From Asterias rubens (lineage: Eukaryota): 64,000 nt of DNA. The position numbers and the translations under genes were made by a program. Below, piece after piece: positions 25,201-34,500 of the stretch (its first letter is position 1; each line of letters starts with the position of its first letter). Location: positions 3,348,001 to 3,412,000 of the forward strand of contig NC_047077.1 of assembly GCF_902459465.1 (NCBI RefSeq), given 5' to 3'. Under the pieces are notes generated by a model. The model had not been told where the DNA came from. It did no database searches and saw only the letters and a program-made list of their open reading frames with translations.

Positions 25201-28200
25201 TTGGGGAGGAGAGGGGCTGGGGTCATGACACTCTGACTGATATTTGAATTGAATTGAATTGATCCTTATCAACACTTCAAACATCATGAAATACATATTT
25301 GTTTGTTTTGCTTGTGAAAAGTGCCAAACGAATGCATGCATATCACTATCAAGTGTTAATAATTACAATCTTGCGCGGACATTGTGCGAACCTTTTAGCC
25401 AGAACGAAGACCTACAAGTCCAACTATTCCAAATGACAGGCCCAACAATGGGGTTTTACAAACATTCCTATTCAAACAATGAGTTTAATCATGGGAGCTA
25501 ACTGTAAGCCGGGTTCATACGTCACGCAAGAGGCAAAATGCAAAGTTGAATTCCTTGCGTCACATTTTACGCGTTTACGTCACGCTATTTGCTTCGCAAA
25601 TTCGAACGGGACTTGCTAACAATAACATTATACTCAATGCGAATTAAAGGAATTTTGTACTTGTTGTACGACAAACGACACAAACACAATGTTTACAGAT
25701 TGACATTAAAATTACACGGTTTGAAGATAACGATATAGAAAGATTTCCTTAAAATATTTTTTGCTGAGGTGCTGTAGAAAACAATGTCACGAAATAACAA
25801 ACGAGACGAAATTAGTTCATCATAATACAACGTATTTACGAGACTCTCCTAAAAACATTGCTCTGTGATTTTAACAATTTCCCCCTCGAACTTGACGACT
25901 AATGAAGCTGAAACTTCTATCAGGAAAATTATACATACATATATACATCTTCATTAACAGCGAGTAGGGATTCGTGCCGTGTCCAAAAACTTCAAAGAGG
26001 CATCAAAACCCTTTACTACTGAAACTTGTCAACAATTAAATGCATTGACAGTTACGTTGGTTCAAAACTGACATCCACTATATTTAAAGGCAGTGGACAC
26101 TATTGGCAATTACTCAAAATAATTGTTAGCACAAAACCTTACTTGGTAACGAGTAATGGGGAGAGGTTGATAGTACAAAACGGTGTGAGAAACGGCTCCC
26201 TCTGTGAAGAAACGTAGTTTTTGAGAAAGAAGTAATTTTTCCACGAATTTGATTTCGATACCTCAGATTTAGAATTTGAGGTCTCGAAGTCAAGCATTTG
26301 AAAGCACACAACCTCGTGTGACAATGGTGTTTTTTTCTTTCATTGTTATCTCGCAACTTGGACGACCGACTGAGCTCAAATTTTCACAGGTTTGTTATTT
26401 TGTGCATATGTTGAGATACACCGAGTGAGAAGACTGGTCTTTGACAATTACCAACATTGTCAAGTGCCTTTAATCATGAAACGAAAAAGACGGAGCAAAG
26501 TACATTACATGTATGTTTGCTATCCTGGCCATCACGGCTAACAACAAGCTGCTTCCCAATCCGTAAATCTTTAAGCCGATTTTGAACCTCCCCAAGGATA
26601 AGCAGACACACTGAGTGGTTTGTGGCGACCACGAAGTAAGGACACTGGATCATTATGATCTGTTTGTTGCCAAAACACCGGGAGTATTTGTGTGGGTACA
26701 TAAGACCTAGTCAGAATACTCCATCAGACAAGACTTTTCGGAATTATCTTTCACTACCATTTCAGTGGGTAAAACACCATAACCCATCAGTAAGAGCCAT
26801 ACTTTGAAATCATGGTTTTCTAGAAAGTAGTACAGTATGCCCCTTTCCTAACAAAAATATATTCTTCGTTCGTTCGGTCCTATCTATGGTTTATAGGACT
26901 CTTTTGGCGTTATTAAACTTAAGGCTAATCCCTAGAGAAAGCCACAGCCTTTACTTTTTGTGAAACCATAAGGCCAACGCTGCATCTCCCGATACCGTCA
27001 AGCGAAGCACGGAGACTCCGTGCTTCCCTTGAGCTATCGGGCGGGAGTGTATATTACTGGTGCTTATTTTGTTGAGAAAACACCCCCTTTGGTTGAAATG
27101 TTTAGCGGTTTTTTTGAACTGTTTAATGGTAATTTCCCAGTAGCCAAGTATTTATAAACCTGGATTTAAACCAAGTTCTGTTATTCGAAATTTAAAGCAT
27201 TATGCCCAGCATTATTTTTCCGTATGAATGTCCCTTTAGAAGCTTTCATTTTAAAAACAAGCAGCTAATTTTTCAGTGACCTTTAATGGAATGGCTTCAT
27301 AAATACTATATTATCGAGTTTGTTGAAGTATTTTTTACTATTTTGGGACGGGGATTGATTTAAAATAACTTGCAACACATCGTCTTGGGATTTGGGGCCA
27401 TTTTCACGACCCATCGTTTACGAGGATTTAGTTATATCATCATTTATGATTTAGCCTTAAAATTAATGTTTAAAACATACCTTGTGTGATTGAAAACATT
27501 ATAAACCTCAACAACAATCTATGTGTTTTAATAATCTTGTGCATTGCTCAATAAATGGGAAAAATTCGGAAAGATAATGACGACGTTACCTTTTATAGTT
27601 TTCATAATGAGAAATGAATAATTATCTGAAAAGGTTACGCCATGTCAGTGGGCTTGGGCTTCTTCGACTGGCTGCATTAATTGGTAAATATTTACCACGA
27701 CAACAAATTCCATAGTTATATTCTCACTACCAATAAATTATTCGTGTTCTCTTGGCAGGATTTATAATGTTTCGCAAAGTTGAATTTCAAATTTGAAAAA
27801 CACCATATGCGCTTGAAACGTTTCACGCAAAAATTGTTTGGGGGAAAAAAAGAAAAAAGTTTTGACAGAACTAAGACGTTAAAGTTTGACGATGGGTTTC
27901 AGTGATGGATATACATTCAGTCCTTTATATATAAATCCATGTCATTAAAAAGAATCATTGAACTTTGTTTTCGGATGACTTCATTGATTAAAATAACTTG
28001 GTTTAATTAATTTTAATATATTGGGCCATGGAATTGGAATTGAAATCAATTTGAACATCGTCTGGGAATATGGGCGATTTTCACGACTTTTCTTTGTGGG
28101 GAAATATTTTGCACAGTGAACATTCAATCGAAATGCACTTATGCATACATTTTCAGCTGTATTTTATTTGAGAGTTTCGTCTATAGAAAAGAAAGCAACC

Positions 28201-29069
28201 AAAGAAATGTTTAGATTCTCATTCAAAGACCACCACATCATTCTTGAAGATAAACTTATTACAAGTGTTTCCCCTGTTTTGTAATGCAATAATTAATGCC
28301 AACTGTATATGCCGATTATGTTTAAAATTGAAGTTTAGTCCTATTTGTTATTCTTTTCCACCCACAGGCACCAATTTTTCATTCGATACGAAAGAATAAT
28401 AAAGTATCTAATTTACCTCAATGAGATATCCCTTTTTGTAAAAAAAAAAGGATACACATTTTGTTTTCGGGATACACCAAGTGATGATACTGTCTTTGCA
28501 TGCCATGCCTTTAAAATGAAGTTATTTATAGTTTCAGGTTTTTATCTTTTTTTTCTACCTGATAATCGCCGTTACTACTACATGTATTACTATCTTACCG
28601 TAGCTGCTTGGGGATAAGTCTCACTCCTTCGATGTTTCTTCCTCCTCTTCAGCCGATCTTTCACATCGTTACTTATCAATACCGGGAACTTTCTAGTCAA
28701 GTCCGGCCTGGCAGGGACCGGAGCCTTTGGGTACCTCCACTCCTCAGCGTTCCGGGGCTGCTTCCCCTGCACAATGATCCGTTCACGGACTCTGGCAAGG
28801 GCTTTCTGGTAACTAGTGTCCAACCACCCTGCTTTGATGATCCCCTGAGCGGGGAGGGGATTCTTACCAAATTCCTTGAGAGACACAACGGGGGGAAGAC
28901 GGCGACTTGACCGGTCACTATCCTCCTGATCGTCCTGGTCAGACTCCCGGTGTTCGGTCACCTCTGAGGTAGTAAGCTCATGGGTGATTTCGGGATTATC
29001 CACGGCGGTAGAAACCTCGTGGAGAGGGTCTGGATATGACACTGGTTGACTGATAGCCGGTAGTGCCAT
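989..29069 (-). CDS. Uncharacterised multi-exon Pro/Lys/Glu-rich protein (gene 1), 3' end unresolved
   Basis: Manual join (minus): 28599-29069, 17651-17706, 16884-17273, 15454-15587, 14443-14625, 13268-13291, 12437-12523, 11121-11264, 10455-10962, 9777-10004, 7684-7715, 6681-6803, 5176-5484, 4291-4383, 3488-3550, 2160-2285, 1723-1853, 989-1221 = 3335 nt. All 17 introns are GT-AG with matching phases and no in-frame stop. The ATG has AAGATGG context with an in-frame TAG 4 codons upstream. No recognisable domain family. Confidence 0.85.
1487..1573. repeat. Short fold-back (about 24-bp arms)
   Basis: TAGCCTTTTCTCAAGGCCTTCGTG / CACGAAGGCCTTGACAAAAGGCTA. Confidence 0.65.
1723..1853 (-). CDS. Gene 1 exon 17 (PEAPPAPVTKP...PDKPKK)
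   Basis: ttcctccacag acceptor, AAG|GTAAGA donor, phase 1 to 0. Confidence 0.85.
2160..2285 (-). CDS. Gene 1 exon 16 (PE repeats, poly-Pro)
   Basis: Open phase 1 to 1; CAG|GTAAAT donor. Confidence 0.85.
3488..3550 (-). CDS. Gene 1 exon 15 (AAKIDKGYMDIPQVSFRHEP)
   Basis: aacag acceptor, G|GTAAGG donor, phase 1 to 1. Confidence 0.75.
3617..3892 (+). repeat. Diverged two-copy tandem repeat, about 140-bp unit
   Basis: TTATTGCTAGC...GGTCCCAAAAGAAG...GCGATTAGTGAA occurs twice. Confidence 0.7.
4291..4383 (-). CDS. Gene 1 exon 14 (FESKDKKPVRPKPQRKKP...)
   Basis: Long pyrimidine tract, AG|GTGAGG donor, phase 1 to 1. Confidence 0.85.
5176..5484 (-). CDS. Gene 1 exon 13, EPTPPP-repeat exon
   Basis: Lies within the 126-aa ORF; ctttcctacacag acceptor, A|GTGAGT donor. 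Confidence 0.9.
6681..6803 (-). CDS. Gene 1 exon 12 (NDEENNSETQRQLKKDPIL...MASIEK)
   Basis: Phase 1 to 1 using the G|GTAGGA donor; the internal GTAAAC at 6744 would break frame with exon 13. Confidence 0.7.
6864..7183 (+). mobile_element. tRNA-derived SINE
   Basis: A box TGGCCGAGTGG, B box GGTTCGAATCC, A-rich tail; its 3' end recurs reversed at about 905-965. Confidence 0.75.
7219..7260 (-). ncRNA. Minimal type I hammerhead-like motif (Penelope-associated), decayed
   Basis: ACTC-CUGAGGA-C-GAUCAG-AGCAUA-CUGAUU-GAAA-AGUU-GAGU. Confidence 0.55.
7684..7715 (-). CDS. Gene 1 exon 11 (KKKPKEAPKK)
   Basis: tttttttcag acceptor, AG|GTAATG donor, phase 2 to 1. Confidence 0.8.
7913..8249 (-). mobile_element. 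TTAA-flanked MITE family A (Kolobok-like)
   Basis: TTAA|AGACACTGGACACTATTGGTAATT ... AATTACCAATAGTGTCCAGTTCT|TTAA. Confidence 0.8.
9322..9540 (+). repeat. Repeat family C with internal tRNA-like module
   Basis: GGTCTAGTTGG...GTTCGAATCCCAC boxes; other copies at 8864-9030, 12586-12803, 16575-16752, 17316-17370, 17436-17575 (+) and 45337-45447 (-). Confidence 0.7.
9680..9693. promoter_or_regulatory. RFX X-box motif GTTGCCATGGTAAC (gene 1 intron 10)
   Basis: Full match to the palindromic GTTNCCATGGNAAC pattern. Confidence 0.5.
9777..10004 (-). CDS. Gene 1 exon 10 (TPVPKAVTPPPRP...DVPPM)
   Basis: Open phase 2 to 2; GTAAGT donor. Confidence 0.9.
10455..10962 (-). CDS. Gene 1 exon 9 (APKAFQPKK...KAKIPPPK)
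   Basis: Lies within the 202-aa ORF; ttccttag acceptor, AA|GTAAGT donor. Confidence 0.9.
11121..11264 (-). CDS. Gene 1 exon 8, E/R-rich charged helix (ARLEEEARLEEEARLRME...)
   Basis: Open frame between ttttctctaag and AG|GTCAGT, phase 1 to 1. Confidence 0.9.
12142..12365 (+). mobile_element. tRNA-derived SINE with V-domain-like core
   Basis: GGTGCAGTGG / GGTTCGAATC boxes; TGCGTGGATTTTCT...TTTTCTTCCCACATCTAAAAC resembles the V-SINE core as recalled. Confidence 0.55.
12437..12523 (-). CDS. Gene 1 exon 7 (VLHQLLPDYNPKDFSESSSSG...)
   Basis: ttttttgcttccacag acceptor, AG|GTTTGT donor, phase 1 to 1. Confidence 0.8.
12586..12803 (+). repeat. Repeat family C copy
   Basis: Colinear with 9322-9540. 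Confidence 0.7.
13268..13291 (-). CDS. Gene 1 exon 6, 24-nt microexon (NHCYACLQ)
   Basis: ttttcctccacag acceptor, G|GTAAGG donor, frame-preserving phase 1 to 1. Confidence 0.65.
13500..13870 (+). mobile_element. tRNA-derived SINE with Meta-like core; tail partly reduplicated at 13915-14030
   Basis: CTCTCCACCCAGGGGTAAATGGGTACC core and GCGCTGTATAAAAG tail; shorter relative at 16254-16385. Confidence 0.6.
14032..14273. mobile_element. Second copy of the AAAGAGTG-rich MITE
   Basis: Similar internal motifs and the same terminus ...CATTTAGAGAG-TA. Confidence 0.65.
14287..14519. repeat. Exact 84-bp duplication of the 3' part and donor of gene 1 exon 5
   Basis: 14287-14370 is identical to 14436-14519. 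Confidence 0.9.
14443..14625 (-). CDS. Gene 1 exon 5 (DEVKLDDQ...HHHGDNDHKAKHYQ)
   Basis: cttccttacacag acceptor, GTAAGC donor, phase 1 to 1. Confidence 0.85.
14716..15112 (+). mobile_element. MITE family A
   Basis: 24-bp TIRs and TTAA at both ends. Confidence 0.85.
15454..15587 (-). CDS. Gene 1 exon 4 (FHHAKPRRIGGGFTFFSKEPR...)
   Basis: Only the phase-2 frame is open, matching the exon 3 donor; GTAAGT donor. Confidence 0.8.
15655..15789 (-). mobile_element. One end of a TTAAAGGAACAC-type MITE
   Basis: Terminus ...GATCCAAGGCAATGTGTTCC|TTTAA. Confidence 0.45.
16575..16752 (+). repeat. Repeat family C copy
   Basis: Colinear with 9322-9540. Confidence 0.65.
16884..17273 (-). CDS. Gene 1 exon 3 (LYQNLF...LCASC...VCFGCALSKTP)
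   Basis: Open frame across a GC-rich block; ccaccag acceptor and CA|GTAAGT donor, phase 2 to 2. Confidence 0.8.
17651..17706 (-). CDS. Gene 1 exon 2 (DNVDADSKVTFLPPLPIH)
   Basis: ttttctccatttttcag acceptor, GTGAGT donor, phase 0 to 2. Confidence 0.85.
17870..18228 (+). mobile_element. TTAA-flanked MITE, related family A2
   Basis: TTAA|AGCCATTGGACAC ... GTGCGATTGCT|TTAA; a reverse-strand part recurs in each 1.4-kb tandem unit. Confidence 0.75.
18901..18942 (-). ncRNA. Minimal hammerhead-like motif at the end of a Penelope-like remnant (about 18645-18945)
   Basis: UCUC-CUAACGA-U-GACUCG-AGCAAG-CUAGUC-GAAA-CGUU-GAGA. Confidence 0.55.
19521..19907 (+). mobile_element. MITE family A
   Basis: TIRs and TTAA at both ends. 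Confidence 0.85.
22304..22689 (-). mobile_element. MITE family A
   Basis: TIRs and TTAA at both ends, reverse orientation. Confidence 0.85.
23560..23947 (-). mobile_element. Degenerate MITE family A
   Basis: Internal GAGGGAGCCGTTTCTC and eroded termini. Confidence 0.6.
24750..24791 (-). ncRNA. Minimal hammerhead-like motif, best-preserved copy
   Basis: UCUC-CUUAAGA-C-GAGCAG-AGUGUA-CUGUUC-GAAA-CGUC-GAGA; one core change (G to U) from CUGAAGA. Confidence 0.65.
26084..26473 (+). mobile_element. MITE family A
   Basis: TIRs and TTAA at both ends. Confidence 0.85.
26515..26705 (+). pseudogene. Possible decayed pogo/Tc1-type DDE transposase fragment
   Basis: AILAITANNKLLPNP*IFKPILNLPKDK...VVC resembles the DDE_1 segment VVLACxADGTKLPPxxIFKxKxLPKEK; contains in-frame stops. 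Confidence 0.3.
28599..29069 (-). CDS. Gene 1 exon 1 (MALPAISQP...ETYPQAAT)
   Basis: GC-rich 157-codon ORF segment ending at ACG|GTAAGA, phase 0. Confidence 0.85.
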
Positions 29070-29128
29070 CTTCTTACACTAGTAGACAGGCTTTGGCAGC
29101 AGTTTACTTGGGTAGTTACCCGGGTCCA

Positions 29129-29142
29129 GTCTCCATGATAAT
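29129..29142 (-). promoter_or_regulatory. RFX X-box-like motif 60 nt upstream of the gene 1 ATG
   Basis: ATTATCATGGAGAC on the minus strand fits RTHNYYWTRRNRAC. Confidence 0.4.
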
Positions 29143-31571
29143 TAACGGGAAAATACTAGTCAAGTTTTAAATGTGTGTAGTGTGGCGAATCATACTCCAC
29201 ATAATAACATGGTGTCCCAATGCAATCTTTACACCAAAATGGAACATGTAGCCTAAAAGTTATCGTATCATACTCACGCAAACATTGTCGTAGTATTTAC
29301 CTAGCCACTTCTTATGAGTGTAATCCTAGTATTGGTGATAATACACGAGCTGATTCCAACATTCCATCAGTCAATCAACGAAGGCGAACTTTGCTCCCCC
29401 TTGATTGGTATCAGGTTGAGCATAGAGTAATGACAGGGTTGAGGTAACATGATGTATACACACGCTCCGCACAAGTTCCGGGTCTACACTCCATCCAGTA
29501 AGTTCTCTCTACTGAAATTAATCTAGACCGAAGCATCATATAACTAGAAATACAATGCTGGATCCTTAGAACAATGAACTGTTTGTTTTTACAAGTAATT
29601 ACTGGCGGTAGTGTAGATTGTGTGTCACCATAGCTCAAGTTAGAACCACTATTTACAGAGCGAAAGCATTGGTGTACGTGGGCTTTGTCGCGCCAGCCCC
29701 ATACTGAAGAATGCTAAGCCTGTATTTTCGCTGCATGTGGTGTGAAGGCATTGTTACTGATATGGCTTCAGTCATACAACAACAGGCAACTATGCAATGA
29801 GGCTGAACCTCTCGTTGCTAATGGGTGAAGAATAGGCATAGAGGCCCGGTGAGTTTGTCGGCACCCAGGTGGGTACTGGGTGGTTATGGGTTCAAATTGG
29901 ACTTATCTTATTTGACTCAATGTTAAAAGCCCATTTAATAATTTGCTCTTTGTTCAAGTTGGAAAAGTCCAAAGTAAAGTTCTCTCTGAACAAAGGCAGA
30001 AAGCTATAGGTTAATATAGCGAATTGGTTATGTAACCCGTATTAGAGTATAGGGGCCTACAGCTGAAGGAATTTGTAATCCTTCTGTAAAATGCAACACA
30101 ACAGTGTGAACACTTGAATGAAGTTATCAATGCACTAAAAAAAAGTGAAATGGTTGAATATTTTTTTAATACCATTTCAATTTTTGGGGTGAAAAACATT
30201 TTTTTTAAATTGCTGAATTATTGTCTTCAAGTAATTTACTGTTTGCATTTAGACCAGCACTTTTTGCCGACTATAAAATTCTTAATCAGAGTACATAAAA
30301 TTTTTAAACTTTCATAATCTATCAAATAAGTGATGAGAAATTAGCAAATGTGGTGCTAATATTGGATCACGTTGTTAATACTAAAGTTCTTTATTCATAC
30401 CCTTATAAGATTGTTTGTTGTATTTATTCTGTCAAAAAAAAAATCCTCAAACTACAAGTTGTGCAGCCCGGATTGTTTACTTAAGTTCAAACGTGATTGA
30501 TGGTGGCCAGTACGTTATACACTGAAGTTTGATTTGAGATAGAACCCAAAGACTTCCGCATCCATCAGAGGTTACAACGACATTATGACAAGGGGCTGGA
30601 CCTAATCGGTTTGGATTTGCAGTTTGCATTGAACAGCAATAACTATTGTGACGTAAGGCAATTAATGTTGTTTGTAATGTGCCACGACCAACCAACAAAT
30701 TGCCACCAAAGTGCCTTGCCATTATTTCCACATTACATACCAGTATCGCTGAGGGCATACTGACAAAGAACTTTACAAACTTTTTATAAAGCTCAGTACG
30801 GAAAGGTGCTTGCCGTGCCTGGGTAAAGGTAACCAGTTGCTTGGTGACGGCCGCGTAAAAAAAGTTAAAAATACTAGGGCGCCCTCTTTGGTTGGCCACA
30901 CAGGGAATCAATAAGCCAAACTTGGCAGGCACCTCACACAGTGATAGACTATCCTGTCTTTACCCACAAGGATATGGCAGCCACTGGTCCCAATGATTTC
31001 GTTGGGTGGATACAAATAATAATGTGCAGTGACATATGTTTTTTGTATTGGTCCGGGGTGATGTATTTTGTATTTTTTGCACCTTTGGTCCTTTGGTCCT
31101 TTGCTCTCAGCGTGTGTTGTTAGTGATCCCCCACCTCCACCGCCCCCCCCCCCCCAAACAAACCCCGAAAAAAACAACGCTTCATGTTTGAAAAATAAAT
31201 TATAAAGAATATCAAATAGAATTGTACACACTTTACAAGCCCCAACAACATACACAACGTTGTTCTTTGGAAATAGTTATCCAAGTTTCTGGAAATGGTT
31301 TATTTTACGTTTCGGGCGATTTTTCCTTGGGGAACAATATTCTTCGAGTCGAGGGAACGAAATATCAAGTTCAGCTGGTAGGCATACGGAGTTCTTGATA
31401 TGCCGTTTTATTTACCGGGGTTTGAAACTTATTTTGACGTCTGTGTTACTTATTGAGCTGGTATGTGTGTGATTTTTTGGTAAGGCCCTCTCTCGAAAAC
31501 AAATTGTACTTTTGCTTAAAAATCGGGGCGGAGGGATAGAGAGGGCCAAAGAGGACCAGGGATTACGTTTT

Positions 31572-34500
31572 TACAGCATACAAAGTCAAACTCCGCTACA
31601 ATTTTTTAAGGGCTATTAGGTCCAGTGATATTAACTTTATTCAACCATAGAGTAAGTAAGGACGGCGATTTATTTAGGCACAAAATGATCGTCAATCAAT
31701 TGTACCCGCGGCTTATTGCTTTATTCGAACTACCTGAAACTCTGTCCCACACGGCGAACTGTGTTGATTTCTTCTGATAGCGCCCTCTTTTGACTAAACC
31801 TCCTCCAGCCCTTATTAATTTTCTACGTGGACAGAATCTCAGGGGACAGATTTCCCTACACCAGCGATCGCGATAAATAAAATATTCTAAAATAATGCCT
31901 CACTTTATCATAAACGCTTATAAAAACCAATTGTAGCATTTATACTTTGGCATTACAGGAATTCAACTTGGATCCGCCCTCTTTCGACAGCGAAATCTTG
32001 ATGAGAAGATTCGGGGGAAGACAAAGTTTGGCTAAAAAAACCAATAGGTTTTCGGCTGATGGCCGAACACCTAATTATGACACGAACTTGGCCTATATTC
32101 TTTCTTAGGAAGCCCTTGTCTAAACCACCGCTTGGCCTTGGGGGTCCGGCCTAAATAGAACCCCGTAAGCAACGCACTTTCGTCTCTGTTGTTTCATTGT
32201 CCAATCAAAGTTGTCCCTAATTGAGAGAAATTCAATAGCTTATGGTAATTTGTTGTCGATAGTTTTTTCCCCGTTTTTTTTGGTTGGGTGAGGGGGGGGG
32301 GGGGGTGTTGTTGGTGATGTTTGTTTGTTTGTTTGTTTGTTTGTTTTTGCTGTTGTGAATTTTTCGAAATTGCTTGGAGGGGCGTCGACACGTTTCCTTG
32401 TTTCGCCGTGTAATGACATGGGTTTACTATAAATCCGTAATTCTCAATGTTGAGAATTTATAATTGTTTTAATGTTTTCTCCCAAAAAGTAAAGCATTTC
32501 ATGGAATAATAATTTCAAGAGAAGTCTTTTACCATTACCTTCTGTAAACCCTGTAAGTTATTTGTAAATCTGTGAACTTTTTTTTCTTTTCTTCTGTACC
32601 GAAAGTGTATAATGGCTTTAGTGTTAGTCCACAAATCCAGAATGTCATCTACTGGTTTATGTTAGTCAAACTAGAATTAAATTCACCAGACACATTTCGC
32701 CATTTGAGAAATTATTAGATTAATGGATGCAAATCTTTATTTCCAAGCGCAAGAAGTTGTATACATTTACAATTATAGAGAACCAAAAACTTATTTTATC
32801 TTTTGTTATAAAAATGATCAAGAACACAGGTATGTCAATGGCTTGATGCACGCTGACTAATGTATATACAGTACAAAGCTAATTAATATTATTAGAACGC
32901 TGTGTATAAAGTAAGCAGACATGTTGAAGGTGATCAGCAGCAAATGTATATATGCAAATAATCAGTTAATAACTACAGCATACAAAGTCAAACTCCGCTA
33001 CAATTTTTTAAAGGATATTAGGTCCAGCGATATTAACTTTATTCAACCATAGAGTAAGTAAGGACGGCGATTTATTTAGGCACAAAATGATCGTCAATCA
33101 ATTGTACCCGCGGCTTATTGCTTTATTCGAACTACCTGAAACTCTGTCCCAAAATACGGCGAACTGTGTTGATTTCTTCTGATAGCGCCCTCTTTTGACT
33201 AAACCTTCTCCAGCCCTTATTAATTTTGTACGTGGACAGAATCTCAGGGGACAGATTTCCCTACACCAGCGATAGCGATAAATAAAATATTCTAAAATAA
33301 TGCCTCACTTTATCATAAACGCTTTATACATTGTCAATAAAAACCAAGTGTAGCATTTATACTTTGGCATTACAGGAATTCAACTTGGATCCGCCCTCTT
33401 TCGACAGCGAAATCTTGATGAGAAGATTCGGGGGAAGACAAAGTTTGGCTAAAAAAACCAATAGGTTTTCGGCTGATGGCCGAACACCTAATTATGACAC
33501 GAACTTGGCCTATATTCTTTCTTAGGAAGCCCTTGTCTAAACCACCGCTTGGCCTTGGGGTCCGGCCTAATTACAACCCCGTAAGCAACGCACTTTCGTC
33601 TCTGTTTCATTGTCCAATCAAAGTTTTCCCTAATTGATAGAAATTCAATAGCTTATGGTAATTTGTTGTCGATAGTTTTTTCCCCGTTTTTTTTGGTTGG
33701 GTGAGGGGGGGGGGGGTGTTGTTGGTGATGTTTGTTTGTTTGTTTGTTTTTGCTGTTGTGAATTTTTCGAAATTGCTTGGAGGGGCGTCGACACGTTTCC
33801 TTGTTTCGCCGTGTTATGACATGGGTTTACTATAAATCCGTAATTCTCAATGTCGAGAATTTATAATTGTTTTAATGTTTTCTCAAAAAGTAAAGCATTT
33901 CATGGAATAATATTTCAAGAGAAGTCTTTTACCATTACCTTCTGTAAACCCTGTAAGTTATTTGTAAATCTGTGAACTTTTTTTTCTTTTCTTCTGTACC
34001 GAAAGTGTATAATGGCTTTAATGTTAGTCCACAGTTCCAGAATGTCATCTACTGGTTTATGTTAGTCAAACTAGAATTAAATTCACCAGACACATTTCGC
34101 CATTTGAGAAATTATTAGATTAATGGATGCAAATCTTTATTTCCAAGCGCAAGAAGTTGTATACATTTACAATTATAGAGAACCAAAAACTTATTTTATC
34201 TTTTGTTATAAAAATGATCAAGAACACAGGTATGTCAATGGCTTGATGCACGCTGACTAATGTATATACAGTACAAAGCTAATTAATATTATTAGAACGC
34301 TGTGTATAAAGTAAGCAGACATGTTGAAGGTGATCAGCAGCAAATGTATATATGCAAATAATCAGTTAATAACTACAGCATACAAAGTCAAACTCCGCTA
34401 CAATTTTTTAAGGGATATTAGGTCCAGCGATATTAACTTTATTCAACCATAGAGTAAGTAAGGACGGCGATTTATTTAGGCACAAAATGATCGTCAATCA

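Noticed and set aside
30477-30932. 151-aa minus ORF and overlapping plus-strand exon-like frame (KDFRIHQRLQRHYDKGLDL...)
   Set aside because: No recognisable homology, and neighbouring candidate exons contain stops in all frames.
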